Source: Balanoglossus misakiensis
Lineage: Eukaryota; Animalia; Hemichordata
Direction of reading: 5' to 3'
Assembly: GCA_040954595.2 (NCBI GenBank)
Contig: CM082587.2
Coordinates: 12,116,153 to 12,180,152, forward strand
DNA: 64,000 nucleotides
Below, in pieces: positions 24,660 through 37,227 of this stretch (its first letter is position 1; each line of letters begins with the position of its first letter). The notes beneath the pieces were generated by a model. The model was not told where the DNA came from. It made no database searches and was given only the letters and a program-made list of their open reading frames with translations. A program made the translations under genes and the position numbers.

Positions 24660-26535
24660 TTAAGGGACTTGACACTCTAAACAGGTATGACACCTAGTAG
24701 CATTAGGGTTAAAATATAGCTGCAAGCCAAAATGGTCATCTGAGGTCACCCGAAATTTGGGCAAAATTTTTTGACCCCATACTGGTCCAGGTCCATCAGA
24801 AACCAAACCTTCAGCCCTATTGGTTCGCCTGGAATTAGGTATGCACATAATTAATGAGTTAAGCAGTTGTACAGGTGACCTCAAAATTCGGCTTTTCATT
24901 TTAGTCCCATCCCTCGAAATGCTAAGGCTGTACCTGCTCTGGAGGCCGAGATATGAGAAAGTAGATCACCTGAGGTCACCCAAAATATTATGGAAAAAAT
25001 TGGACCCCACACTTGTCCATGTCCAACAGAAACAAAACCTCTAGCCCTATTGGTAAGCCTAGAATTAGGTATGCACATAATTAATTAGGTCAAAGGTCAA
25101 GGGGTAACAAGTACATGTGTATGCTTCATCCCACCAAATATGAAGTCTGTCGGTCTAATAGTTACGTACTTATGAGCATTTATGTTATAAATAGTTCAAA
25201 GGTCACCGAGGTCACGTGACATTGCGGCGAAATGATTTGGTCCAATAGTTGTACCTGTCCACCAAAAATCAGCTCCCTAGGTGTATTAGTTAGCGTAGAA
25301 GTAGATATGTGTTTTTCAAGGTGGGTCAAAGGTCAAGGGGTCACCCGAAATTTGGCTTCTCATTTCGGCCCCTTGGTCAGTCCCTGTTCACTCCATAAAT
25401 GGAGACGTGTTCTGCGCAACCGCAGTAGGTGTAACCTCGTGAACTCAGATGTGCACATGCGTACAGCAGTCCCTGTTCACACCATAAATGGAGACGTGTT
25501 CTGCGCAACCACAGCTGGACCTGTGAAAGATTAAATCCGATCGACATATTTAGTTTCCGTATATTATATTGACCAATGCAGACTAAGTCTAATAGAATTA
25601 CTACATGTAGTATATCGTGTATAATACACACGTTTGGCAATATTGCAGTTTGAGTGTTAGATGCAGACGTGTATACCCGATCTAAATTTCCGACCTACAC
25701 ATGTACATGTATCACTGTTCACATGTACATACACCGTAACTGCGTTCTGAAAATGACATGGTATTTTCAAAATGTTACCCCAGATTACCCCATCATGTGA
25801 GAGCCATGAAACTCACACCCATTGTCCAGCAGTAGTTAGTTGACTATCCTATTCACTCAAAACAAAAAGAACGGGTGTGAAAAAGTCACTAAAACAGCAT
25901 TGATACAGAGGTGTATAACACTGTTCATGATTTCAAGAGAAAAACATGAACACAGCCCAGTCACTGTATGTGGCGATATCTTTCTAAGTATTTCACTCAA
26001 CTTGTACAGACGATGCCATGCTGTCTTCTGGAATGTGCTGGTAACGTCACACATCGAAACATATTGATGATGCCCTTCCCTGCGGCTCGGGCATCATCAA
26101 TATTATTAAGGTCAAAGATCACCATCCCTTGTGCAGGCAAAAGATCATGATATTGCCCTCGCTAACATGTGTTATTATTTAAATACGATGTTGTCATAGC
26201 TTTGCTATGCGGGTATAGTAAAGCCTATGCCTTGGTCCAGACCCCCCATGGTCAATGAAAAAAAATGAAATATAATGATCAAAAATCTTCTTCTCAAAAT
26301 CGACATACCCTAATTTGAAAATTTCGCCCTTATATGGTCATCAGGTCACTTGACTAATTTAACATTCACGGACGTACTGCACCAGATCTCATTGGCCTGC
26401 ATCATTGTGCCATATTTGAGAATTGTAGGTTTAGCCGTTTTCAAGATCCTAGTGGCCGATGAAAGTGCCAAAGAAGAAGAAAAATGCCAGCAATACCAAT
26501 AGGGGCCCCACCCATAGGGGCTTGGGCCCCTAATA
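24660..26535 (-). mobile_element. HINE-like element fragments (related to 19078-20369, opposite strand); copy 2 ~49625-51268
   Basis: Reverse-complement homology of 24730-25085 to 19940-20280. Terminal stem taggggccccacccataggggcttgggccccta with adjacent (AAG)n, and this stem is doubled in copy 2. May be more than one element. Confidence 0.5.
25378..25511 (+). repeat. Short direct repeat, ~44 bp x2 (period ~89 bp); also ~50257-50390
   Basis: cagtccctgttcac(t/a)ccataaatggagacgtgttctgcgcaacc occurs twice. Confidence 0.7.
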
Positions 26536-27019
26536 AGTTAGTTGTAAAGTTATTACTGAGCTTGAATTTCACTAGCGACTAAAAGTAAACAAAAACTGAT
26601 GGTCAAAGTATCACAAGCTTTATTTTGGTTTGATGTAGGATGTAATATGCTTATAGCACACTGCCAAATTAATGCCAACCAATAAGACCGGTAGGATATG
26701 ATCGAAAACCACACGTATTAATGTGTAAAAGGCCGAACTTCCCAATAAATTTGGGTAGCCGACTACAGACAGAGTCGAACCGATGCATGATCTGAAGTAT
26801 CAAGACACATGGACTATTATTTATTGTTTCAACAATTTGACTTAAGTTTATAATTTCCTATGGCAGTTTTTGCCGACAAGAATGAATGCCCGACCAAACA
26901 AAATGGACATTTTCACATGATCTTTACTGAGGTCACAAGTTAGCCAAGCCCTCATACACGCGCTATTCGGACGTATCGGTGATCTGTTTATGTGTTTAGC
27001 TAAGGTGGTAAACTGTTCA

Positions 27020-27867
27020 TCAATCAATCAAAAGGACTTATAGAGCACCAAACTCCACTGCAATAGTGTTCAATAGTGCTTTACAATGTAAAGTTACTGT
27101 TAATAGGCTCTGTTAAACAGATAAGTCTTGATGTGTTTCTTGAAACTGTCAAGGCTAGGTGACTAGCATACCTCTATTGGGACACTGTTCCAGATGAGTG
27201 GGGCGATATACGAAAAAGCACGATCGCCGTACGTTTTCTTCTTACTCCATGGTACATGAAGTAGAAATTTGTCATTTGAACGAAGAAGTCTTGTTGAAGT
27301 TTTCAGATGGATTAAGTCAGAGATGTAAGCTGGTGCTGTGTTGTTTAATGCCTTATATGTCATAAGCAAGATCTTGTATTGGATTCTATAGTGTACAGGC
27401 AACCAATGTAAATCCATGAGAACAGGAGTAATATGATCCGTTTTACGGGTACGAGAAACGATCCTGGCTGCAGAATTCAGGGCATGCTGTAGCATGCATG
27501 ATGATGGTAAACCACAGAGTAGTGCATTACAGTAGTTCAGTTTTGATGTGATTAGAGCATGAACCAGCATCTGGCAAACTTCCTTAGTGAGGTAACGGCG
27601 ATGTGGCTGATTTGACGCAGATGGAAGAAAATTGACTTGCAAATTGCATTAATGTGCTTATTGAAAGTGTAATTGTCGTCGAATGTCACACCTATATTCC
27701 GTGCAGAATTCACAATTTGAACACAACATGATCCAATGCTCATGTGGTTTATGGGACGAGGCGAGCGGTTGAACTGAGACCTTATCAGGAGTACCTCGGT
27801 TTTGCCACCATTGAGTTGAAGTTTATTATGTGTCATCCAGGTTTTTATTTCGTGAACTGCACTTTCC
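27020..27867 (-). mobile_element. L2-clade LINE 3' fragment cut by the duplication junction
   Basis: WMTHNKLQLNGGKTEVLLI...ARNIGVTFD...LHWLPVHYRIQYKILL...YGDRAFS, (TTGA)n tail at ~27020. Homology stops at the unit start. Confidence 0.88.
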
Positions 27868-28152
27868 AGTTAAATATCGCAACTAGCCATAATGTTTGAC
27901 TGGGGGGAGCACCTATACTAATGCGAGAACCAGGGATTGAAAGTTTCACCTGTGTTTTGATACCTTAGTTACCCTTATAAGTACATTTGTAGTTTAATAA
28001 CCATAGTTCTATTGCAAACCATTCTTTCCGTAGTTTCTTGTTTCAAATATTGTAATCTGAATTTATTTTGGTGTTTAACAGGTGTGATTATCTGTATTGG
28101 CGGCCATTTTGAAAAAAAATGGTTGACATGGAAACTCTTCAACAGATATTTA

Positions 28153-28579
28153 TAGTCTCGGTTACCCAGAGCCCTCTGCTTCTTCCGTTAGGCACTCCAG
28201 AAAGAGGGTCTGGGGAAACCCGGTAGACAAATCGCCGGGCGGAATCGGGACAGCTGCGATGCATGACGGGAGCTTAATATTCCAAAATGGCAACGTCCTG
28301 CGCGCGAACCTCACGGCCGACATGTATGTCATACGATAAAGAAAACATGCTGAGTAGTGCTAGACCTGCTAAAACTGTCTACAAATTGAAAAGAGAGAGA
28401 GAAGTTTGGTTAAAAGTTTTCTAATATCGTCATATCATAATATCGTACCGAATATTAAGCTCCCGTCATGCATCGCAGCTGTCCCGATTCCGCCCGGCAA
28501 TTTGTCTACCGGGTTTCCCCAGACCCTCTTTCTGGAGTGCCTAACGGAAGAAGCAGAGGGCTCTGGGTAACCGAGACTA
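28153..28579. mobile_element. MITE with 130-bp near-perfect TIRs and 10-bp TSD; copy 2 only
   Basis: TIR 28153-28282 / 28450-28579 (one mismatch seen), TSD cagatattta, empty site in copies 1 and 3. Confidence 0.92.
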
Positions 28580-29201
28580 CAGATATTTAGTGACTCGCTA
28601 TCTGAATTCGTTCAGTACACATTAACACACATCTGAGCCAAGTTTGGTGCTTTTATCACAAAATACACAATCGATATGAAAATTTGGGTTTTGGTGCTCC
28701 ACTACATATTAAGTAACATTAAGGATGTACGTTCAGTAAAATTGAAAGTATTGTCATTTTTTTTAATTGTGGATTTTTTTATTCTCCTTTGTATGTATAA
28801 TGAAAATCCGTAATAAAATATAGGGGTCACTGGGCTTGTTTTTGAAATACAGAGCCATGAATTTGGTCGATAATAGAAGAAATCTGCTGACTCAGCATTT
28901 TTCACCAATGGTTTGTCTATGGGCAAAATTCTTAACGCAATTTATCTCAAAAAAGAGCGCGGTGACGCCTATATTTTATTTGACCAATGAATTTATATTT
29001 GCTGGACTGAGCTATGTGTAAAATTTCGTGAAAATGACAATAGTAGAAGTTTGTTTTCTGGCGATTATCAATGTAATCCTATGGGAAAAAGACCGGGCGC
29101 GCAGTGTTTCCAGTTTATGTTCTGCGCGTACATCCTTGATGAAGTTTGCTGGCTAGAGGGCTCTTAAACCTCCCTAATATTTGACGTCTTTACTCCTACA
29201 G

Positions 29202-30422
29202 GACTGCGCAGTTGGAAGTTACCGTTCAGCATGTTCTGAAGCATGCACGCTGTGTCCAAGGGTTTCATGTGTGGAACAGCCAGCCTCTCATCACCAACAC
29301 AATGCGGACAGGGATATTTTGCCAACAATGGAAGTATAGACTGTACGCCTTGTCCTGCCCTGGGTATAAGTGCCAATATGATGGTATGTCGGAGCCAGAG
29401 GTGTGTGAAGATGGATACTACACTAATATAAATGGTGAGTCAGCACTTAAAGTTTGGGCATTACTGTGTAATCTTTCACTTAGGCGGACGATCATCTTAT
29501 GTGCATGTGCCTAATTCTGTGCGTACAAACATTATGTCCAGTCCAAATATTCTGCCAATTTTACATCCAATGCATTCAAATAGTGGACTGCTTCGCTTTC
29601 ATCCAGTTTTCATGTGCATCGTATAAGTAGACTTTTGTTTTGTCCCGTCTTTTCACCGAATTTGCTCTTTTCCAAATCTCCGACACAGACTATGATCGTC
29701 ACATTCTTGTCGGTTGTTAGAACAGCACACTGCCATATGGCATTGACTGTATACAGTTTCTGTTACCAATATCTCTGGTTTGGCATTTTCCTGTCCTCAA
29801 TCTTTTGCCAGGGATTTATGTCTCCCCAACCCGCGTGAGAATCCCACGTCTTTGAAGGTATGACTGTGACTATAAGATTCTATAAATCTCTGTTTATTTT
29901 CAGCACAAACATCATGTGCTGATTGCCAAGCTGGTAACCATTGTCCAAATGGTAACACTGTGATTTTATGCTCGGCTGGTTATTACAGTTCGGCCTTGGA
30001 CAAAGGATGTCTCGCTGTACCTCTTGCATAACAGGTAAACTTCTACCCACCCACCTTTATTTCCAACATCAAATTTGAATAGACCTCTATTTATGAAAAT
30101 AATTAAAATTTGCGCCAATTTTTTACAGTGGTATTCAAAGGTTAACTTGGTGTGTAAATTCTTTGTTTGATTTACAGATCAGCCGGTGCTGAACAGTGTA
30201 CTATTTGTGAGCAAGGGTACGCCTGCACAGATCCCAGTGCATCGCAATTCAAGTGTACCAAGGGTTACGTGTCATTGGCTGGTGCAACAAACTGTACCAG
30301 ATGTACAAATGGTAAGATTGTGGTACTTGTTCAGTTTGCTGTGTGATGAAACTGAGGGGTATGTGTGTATGCATGTATGTGTTTACAACAGATTTTCAAG
30401 TCAGTGCGACTGGGGTTATGTT

Positions 30423-30456
<34 letters not shown>

Positions 30457-31220
30457 TACAACAGATTATCAACTCAGTGCGAGATCTTGCGAGACCCGGT
30501 TAGCCATGTGAGATCTCGCAGAGTCTTATGATATTCAGAAAATGGTTGATTAGAAATGACATTTAATGTCCTCCAAAGAATTTTCTACATGCCTGTATAC
30601 TTGTCTCAGAATTATGAAGTGAATCATCTCAAGTAATTTGTTATTTTAAATGACACTGTATCACAAATACATCACTAAAAACCTCATTTTCTTTAATCAG
30701 ATGAAATAAGTGCGGAGCCTGCACGCACATCCCGTCTTCTGTGCCCTGCTGGACAATCGTGTACAGATTCAATGTAAGATCCGCTTGACTGTGGCAATGG
30801 TGAATATGCTATGGAAGGCGACGGCACATGCACGCCTTGTCCAGCAGGATCCAAGTGTCCAACCATGTCACCCGTAGTTGATTGTTCAACAGTTACTGGT
30901 AAGTTGGGCTGCAAATCACTCTTGTGACTTCCCTGTGTTATAGCATGACATACACAGAAAATTAAACTGTTATGCTCATTGGAGTTGATATTGTGATGCG
31001 CTTTGAAAAACACAATGATTCCACTGAAGAGGTATAGTACAGTAACACCTGTGATTACGGACATCTCTCTAATAAGGGATCGTTGGACCAAACCAATCGT
31101 TCTTTGAATTTTTTCTGTGATAGGTTCATACTCGCTAGGTTCGGCCACGTCCTTCTGGTTATGAATGCACAACTACAAATGTCACACAGTGCGCTACAGG
31201 GCAGTAAAGTGTTGAAGGAG
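29202..31220 (+). pseudogene. Cys-rich repeat exons, copy 2 (five exons; sixth deleted)
   Basis: Paralogous to 5753-9196 with the same stops and frameshifts. Confidence 0.78.
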
Positions 31221-32541
31221 GTAAGTCTTGAAATCTCTTTTCTTCTGGTCTCGATTTGAACATGGTTCCACAAGTTGTTTACATCACTTGTAGTTTTACA
31301 TATTTTTTGAGTTCAACAGCTATGCTATACATGGTGTCCTGAGAAGTCGACCAGTATGAGAAGTCGGTATCGGCCAGTACGAGAAGTCGGCCTGTGGGAG
31401 AGAACCCTGGTACTTTGTGTTATATATAACTGTTTCACTACGAGATGTTTCCTTGATGTACAGGAGCTGAGATATTTGTACAAATAGCCGATGAATTTTA
31501 AAACTGTCTGTTCACTTTGCATGTACGTCACCGGGGTACGTCAACATCAGTCACCTGCACTTCTTGCGCTGCGCCAGTAGTCTGTTCCTCGTCACGTTTG
31601 TTTGTTTGGTTTTGTCTCAAAGTATGAATATACACATACATCTTCTATGTATTTTAGTAGGCTTTGAAACAACTCCCTTTAATCAGAAATGTCACAGGAA
31701 TTTGGCGAACAACCTAAGCTCCTTACGCGGATACGGGGCTGGCGAACCGGTACGGATGCCAGACGCCATTATTTGAAATGACGCCATTGTGTTGTCAAGA
31801 ATTTGGGAAATCCGTCCAAATGAAAATATTTAGTGCAATTATATTTTATTAAGTGTTGTTATAAGTAATCTGGGTCATCACTGCACTATTCGGGTACAAG
31901 TTCAACAACTGGCCGACTTCTCGTACTGGCCGACTTCTCATACGCGCGTACTGGCCGACTTCTAATCTGGCCGACTTCTCAAGTATTCCTATACATTAGT
32001 GAAAATTGGGGAAACTGGTGTTTTCAGACAACTTATGAAGTCCCTTTCGCAATATTAACTCTAAAACAGCGGGTGATTTCCTTTTAAAATTTAACCAAAT
32101 AAGCATACTTGGGGTCAACCATCTAGAGTTTTGAAAAAGTGCCCTTTATCTAGCACCTCTGTCAGATTTTGCCAGGCTCGTAGATTTTTGTAAAATGGCC
32201 TCAAAAATAAGAATTTTGGGAGGTTTGTCATATTTTTTCACCATTGTAGAATCTAAATGTTCTGAATTATTTTATTTTTAGCAATTTTGAGATTGATTCA
32301 TGTTCAGTATGATAATCGCATGTCAATACAACTGTTACATTAAAGGAAAAGTTCAAATCCGCCTAAAACCACATTGCATTGGTACCTAGTTAAGTTGTCC
32401 TCACTTTTGACGCAAAATTTTGATGTGCAATGCACGTGTCTGTGAAATTGACGAATAAAAAAATTGTATACCAGTGCAAAATTAAAAACTCCCTGTGCAG
32501 CCTTCTTGGCAACTGCATGCTGGGAAAAGTACTCGGATGAT

Positions 32542-32745
32542 TGTTATGTTTCCATCAACATGGGAATAATAATGCGATCTTTAGGTATAACAACAACCTA
32601 TTTATTGATCGGCTGAAAAGACTCAACAATGTGCTTCGCCTAATCTGGGCGGAAGTGACGTCGTACAGCAATTCATAAACAAGTGGAACACCAACAATGC
32701 AACACTAGAGGGCGCTATATTGATCGTAGTTATCAGAATACTACA
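32542..32745 (-). repeat. 3' LTR (204 bp)
   Basis: Direct repeat of 37228-37430. Adjacent polypurine tract aagaagagggga on the minus strand (32746-32757). Confidence 0.95.
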
Positions 32746-32965
32746 TCCCCTCTTCTTTAAGATAAATTGTTTCAAAACTCTTTTTTGAATACGAATGTCA
32801 CTGTGAATTGTCCTGTGCAAACTCTGCATTCATCTTGAATCAGTCTTTGTCAAAATCAAACGCAACGAACATGAAAAATACTCTGGGAAAAATGTGATAA
32901 ATTTTCCTCTTTTTAACTCAACTTTCTGTGGAACAAATGGCGTATCTCAATATCAGAAAAAGCTA

Positions 32966-34417
32966 TCAATCAGTCACATAGTCTTTGTATCGAGACGGCT
33001 TTTGTATGTTTGTTCTGGTTCGTGTTGATCTCAACGATTCTTGGGCTGGTGACGCTGGCGTTGCGGGTTGTTGAGGCGGTGTTCCCTCTGTGACTGCTGG
33101 TGCAATATTGTGTTGATCCATCCCTGTCTGTGCTGGTTTCAGTTCTGCGCTGACTGGTTTCAGGTGGATCCTGTTGCGTCGCATTTGTTTCCCGTTGTCT
33201 AACTTCACGGTGTAGGACCTAGGTGTGTTTGCTGGGGCTACAACTCTCGCTGGACTCCATGTTTTGCTGATTGGGTTTTGTATATGGACTTGTTGACCTG
33301 TCAGCAATTCTGGTAGTTGTCTGGAGTGCTGGTCGTGGCTGGAAGTCTGGGCCTGCTGTTGAGATGTCAGGTATTGACGAACTTCCTCCCCGTTTCTTGC
33401 TGGGTGAATTTTGGCTGGGAGAGTTGTCTTGCATGCTCTGCTGTTCAGCAACTCAGCTGGTGATGGTATGTTGGACTTCAATGGAGTCGCGCGAAGTGCC
33501 AACAATGCTAGATTCGGATCATCTCCGGACTCTTTGCACTTCATCAGGATGTTCTTCACGGTCTGTACATGTCGCTCGATAAAACCGTGCCCTTTGGGAT
33601 AGTATGGTGATGATGTGACTATCGCAAAACCATATTTCTCAGTTAGGCTGTGGAAGTCTCTAGCTGTAAACTGAGATCCGTTGTCACAAACTAGTTTCTC
33701 GGGTATTCCTTGCTCTGCAAATAGAACTCGGAGGGCTCTCATAATGGTACTGGCTCTGAGGTCTTCAAGTTTCCTAATAAAGGGGAACTTGGAGTAGTAG
33801 TCAGCAACTATCATGTACCATGTTTGGTTCACGTAGAATAGGTCTGCTCCAATTGTGTGCCACGGTCGTGGTGGAATTTCCATTGGAATCATCGGTTCCT
33901 TCTGCTGGGAATTCTGGAATTTCTGGCACGCGTTGCATCCTGTTACTAGTCTCTCTATATCTTTAGAAATTCCTGGCCAGTACACGCTGGATCTGGCTCT
34001 CAGCTTGCATTTCTCAATCCCCAGGTGACTGCTATGAATGCGTTGTAGCATTTCATCTCTCATTACTGCTGGTATGAGGAGTCGGCTGCCTATCAGGACA
34101 ATACCATCTTCGATAGCGATATCGTCTCGAATAGACCAATAGGGTCGAATATCAGCGTGAATGTCCTTGATGCTATCTGGCCATCCTTTCAGGACTTGCT
34201 GGATCAATAATTGAAGAATTTCATCTTTGGTAGTTTCTTCTTTGATCTCCATCTGTCTCATTGGTGTGATCTTCACCAGGTGGTGTATCTGGACTTTCAT
34301 GTCACTGATTTCGTTCTGATCTTGCGGTGACAGTCTAGATAGTGCGTCGGCGAGTATCATCTGTTTGCCTGGCTTGTAGTGTATGGTGAAATCATACGGC
34401 TGTATGCGCAACAGCAT
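32966..34417 (-). CDS. pol: Gypsy integrase portion of pol (same frame as 34427-37117)
   Basis: HHCC (HSSHLG...CNAC) and D,D(35)E (GADLF, CDNGSQF, FIER). Separated from the upstream ORF only by TGA TTA CAG AGA. Confidence 0.93.
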   Translation of the reverse strand: MLLRIQPYDFTIHYKPGKQMILADALSRLSPQDQNEISDMKVQIHHLVKITPMRQMEIKEETTKDEILQLLIQQVLKGWPDSIKDIHADIRPYWSIRDDIAIEDGIVLIGSRLLIPAVMRDEMLQRIHSSHLGIEKCKLRARSSVYWPGISKDIERLVTGCNACQKFQNSQQKEPMIPMEIPPRPWHTIGADLFYVNQTWYMIVADYYSKFPFIRKLEDLRASTIMRALRVLFAEQGIPEKLVCDNGSQFTARDFHSLTEKYGFAIVTSSPYYPKGHGFIERHVQTVKNILMKCKESGDDPNLALLALRATPLKSNIPSPAELLNSRACKTTLPAKIHPARNGEEVRQYLTSQQQAQTSSHDQHSRQLPELLTGQQVHIQNPISKTWSPARVVAPANTPRSYTVKLDNGKQMRRNRIHLKPVSAELKPAQTGMDQHNIAPAVTEGTPPQQPATPASPAQESLRSTRTRTNIQKPSRYKDYVTD

Positions 34418-34426
34418 TCTCTGTAA

Positions 34427-37117
34427 TCAGGGTGGTGCCTTGGTCAAATTCTTCCTCTGAATTTGCTCCAACGGTCGATGATCACTCTCTACTATGAAAC
34501 TTCTGCCGTAGAGATATGTGCGAAACTTCTCGCATCCGTAGACTACCGCGAGTAGTTCTCTTTCTATATTGGCGTATCGGGTTTCCGCTGGTGTCAGGGC
34601 CTTGGACGCAAATGCTATAGGTCTCTGTTCCTGTATGAGCACCGCTCCGATTCCCTTTTCCGATGCGTCGACTTGTAGAGTGACAGGCTTCTTACGGTCG
34701 TAGTAAGCAAGTGTAGTCTTTGTGCTGATCAGGTCCTTGATCATATTGAAAGACTTTGTGTGTGTCGGAGACCACTCAAACTCAGTGTCGTCTCTGATGA
34801 GCTCTCTCAGTGGTGCTGTGTGTTCAGCTAATCTGGGTATGAATGAACCCATGTAGTTCAACATTCCGAGGAATGTGCGCAGTTCGGTTTTGTCTCTAGG
34901 CGGATGCATCATCTCTATCGCCTTGACCTTTTCTGGGTTGGGTTTAACTCCGTCTTCTGTGTATAACATGCCAAAGAAACTACATTCTTTTGTCTTGATG
35001 TAGCATTTCTCTTTGTTCAGTTTAATGCCTGCTTTCCTGGTTCGTTCCATGGCTTCGTGTAGATGCAGGTCATGGTGTCGCTCCCCTGATCCGAAGACTT
35101 GTATATCGTCTGCAATGCCGACTGCACCTTCACACTCTCTGTATGTTTCATCAATTTTGAATTGAAACACATCTTGGCTCATCCTTAGCCCAAATGGCAT
35201 TCGTAGGAATCTGTAACGGCCATATGGTGTGTTAAAGGTCGTCAGGAAGGATAATTCTTCATCGATCTTTACATTCCAGTATCCGTTCCGCGCGTCTAGC
35301 TTGCTGAAAAGTGTTGCGCCTGCCAACTTTGGGGTAATCTCCTCCAATGTGGGTGTAGGGTAATGATCCCTTTTAATGGCTTTGTTCAAGTCCTTCGGGT
35401 CCAGACAAATGCGAAGTCTTCCATTGTCTTTCTCCCGGACAACAAGAGAATTGACCCAGTTCGTAGGCTGGTTCACTTTGGCGATGATTTGCTTATCTTC
35501 CATCTCCTGTAGCTCGGTTTTGAGTCTATCCATTAGTTCTAATGGAACTCTGCGGGCAGGGTGTACTACTGGTTGTACTTCTGGATCAAGAGTGATGTGG
35601 TATGTGTAGTTTTCAAAACATCCGACCACGTCGTCAAAGCAATCAGGGTACATCCTCAGCAACTGTTCTTTGCTCTTTATGGGAGGGCGGTCCCTGATGG
35701 GTGTATTACTGTCTATGTAGTCATCTGTAGGGTTTCTGTTTCTTCCTGCTGGCTTCTGTTCGTTCATCTTTCTTTTTTCCACTTCAACATTTCTTCCAGG
35801 CTGTGCTGTCTTGCACTCTGGGCTCGCCTGCACTTGTATGGCTTCTACTGAACAGTTTATTTGTATCAGGTTTAAGGCTCTGCTTGCCTTTAACCCTAAA
35901 ATGGCTGGGCCTGCGGCGTCAGTTACATAGAAGAGGCATCTGATTTTCCTCTCTCTATGTTCACATGGAATGACGATGGTGCCAAGCTGTTTGATTCTGG
36001 AACCTCCATATGCGGTAAGGATTGTTTTATTTTCCTTCAAGTGCCCGCGTTTTGGATTTCCGTGTTTATCCAGTTTCTCTGGAAATATGATCTTGAAATG
36101 GCGGAGGGGCAGTATATTGCTCTGTGCACCGGTATCAATCTTGCATTTCAGTGCTACTTTCCTTTTCTTTTCGCTCTGTGTGATTGTCAGTTTCGTGTAT
36201 ATTTCTTCTTGTCTGTTGATGTTGTCCAATGCATTTATTTTGATAGTTCCAACATCTAGGACTTCATCATCTATTTGATGCATGTTGCTGTTCGAGCGTG
36301 TCACATTATGGATTGGTTTTCCACCTCGTCTCTGCTGTGACTTCGGTTCGCTTGAGCTGGTTTTGGAACGGCATAACGCCTGCCAGTGATTAGGTTTCCC
36401 ACAAATTCGGCATTTCGAGCCATATGCTGGGCAGTTACTTTTCACTGAGGTGTCATGCTTTTTTCCACAATGCGTACATTGTTTGGGGTGTGTTTTGTTG
36501 GGTTGCCTTTTTACTGCGTTGACAGCTTTGCTATCCACGGGACTAGCAATTTGGCAATCTGTGAGCGTTTTCATGTGTTTTGTTGTGGCTTCTTGACCTC
36601 TAGCTATATCAAGTGCCTCCTTCAAGGTCAGGTTCTCATCACGCCCAATAAGTTTCTTCTGTACTTCTTGGTGACAGATCCCCCATATCAACTGATCTAC
36701 GAGTCTCGCTTCCTGTTCTTTTGTATCTCCAAATTTGCATTTGGCGGCTTCATTTTTCAATTTCGAAAAGAAATCATCAACTGGTTCTCCAGTGTCTTGT
36801 CTCATATCTTGGAATTGGTATCTATGTATGCGATGATTCGACTTCGGCTCTAAGTGTTCGGAAAATTTGTCGAATAGTACTGTGGGATCTTTCCGCTGGT
36901 CTTCATTTTCAAACGACCAACTGTTGTATTTGTCAAGACCTGGTTCACCGGACCATAGAAGTATGTAGCTAGCTTTCTCTTCATCGTTAGCATCTTTAAG
37001 TGCTGTCTTAAATGTTAACTCACATTTTTGACGAAAACGACTGAAGGCTATTGCTAGATCTGGCGCGTCCCATTCCATCTTTGGGGCTGTGAAGGGCGTT
37101 TGTAGTGCGGCCGCCAT
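34427..37117 (-). CDS. gag-pol: Gypsy gag-protease-reverse transcriptase-RNase H polyprotein (896 aa, ends at a premature TGA)
   Basis: Zinc knuckles CTHCGKKH..C/CRICGKPNHWQALC, protease KIDTGA, RT LRICLDPKDLN...RMPFGL...IADD, RNase H LQVDAS...ERELLA...ESDH. Confidence 0.93.
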   Translation of the reverse strand: MAAALQTPFTAPKMEWDAPDLAIAFSRFRQKCELTFKTALKDANDEEKASYILLWSGEPGLDKYNSWSFENEDQRKDPTVLFDKFSEHLEPKSNHRIHRYQFQDMRQDTGEPVDDFFSKLKNEAAKCKFGDTKEQEARLVDQLIWGICHQEVQKKLIGRDENLTLKEALDIARGQEATTKHMKTLTDCQIASPVDSKAVNAVKRQPNKTHPKQCTHCGKKHDTSVKSNCPAYGSKCRICGKPNHWQALCRSKTSSSEPKSQQRRGGKPIHNVTRSNSNMHQIDDEVLDVGTIKINALDNINRQEEIYTKLTITQSEKKRKVALKCKIDTGAQSNILPLRHFKIIFPEKLDKHGNPKRGHLKENKTILTAYGGSRIKQLGTIVIPCEHRERKIRCLFYVTDAAGPAILGLKASRALNLIQINCSVEAIQVQASPECKTAQPGRNVEVEKRKMNEQKPAGRNRNPTDDYIDSNTPIRDRPPIKSKEQLLRMYPDCFDDVVGCFENYTYHITLDPEVQPVVHPARRVPLELMDRLKTELQEMEDKQIIAKVNQPTNWVNSLVVREKDNGRLRICLDPKDLNKAIKRDHYPTPTLEEITPKLAGATLFSKLDARNGYWNVKIDEELSFLTTFNTPYGRYRFLRMPFGLRMSQDVFQFKIDETYRECEGAVGIADDIQVFGSGERHHDLHLHEAMERTRKAGIKLNKEKCYIKTKECSFFGMLYTEDGVKPNPEKVKAIEMMHPPRDKTELRTFLGMLNYMGSFIPRLAEHTAPLRELIRDDTEFEWSPTHTKSFNMIKDLISTKTTLAYYDRKKPVTLQVDASEKGIGAVLIQEQRPIAFASKALTPAETRYANIERELLAVVYGCEKFRTYLYGRSFIVESDHRPLEQIQRKNLTKAPP

Positions 37118-37213
37118 CTTGTCAGGTCAGTTCGATGGTCTTTTCTTCTGTAGTTTTGGTGTCTTGTGTAGTCGATACTGTGTAAAGTCTGCTTACATCT
37201 GATCACTCACGTT

Positions 37214-37227
37214 CACCGCTGCCACCA
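37214..37227 (-). other. Primer-binding site complementary to the tRNA-Leu 3' end
   Basis: Minus strand TGGTGGCAGCGGTG directly after the 5' LTR, complementary to ...CACCGCTGCCA-CCA of eukaryotic tRNA-Leu. Confidence 0.8.

Larger units (their letters stand above)
4059..27867 (+). repeat. Tandem segmental duplication, copy 1 (~23.8 kb)
   Basis: agttaaatatcgcaactagccataatgtttgac starts at 4059, 27868 and 52568. Colinear near-identical sequence and ORFs recur in the three copies. Confidence 0.95.

Noticed and set aside
25378-25511. 44-bp repeat with a 45-bp spacer as a mini CRISPR array
   Set aside because: Only two units, so a local duplication is sufficient.
37214-37227. tRNA gene
   Set aside because: Only 14 nt matching a tRNA-Leu 3' end including CCA. 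It is the retrotransposon PBS.
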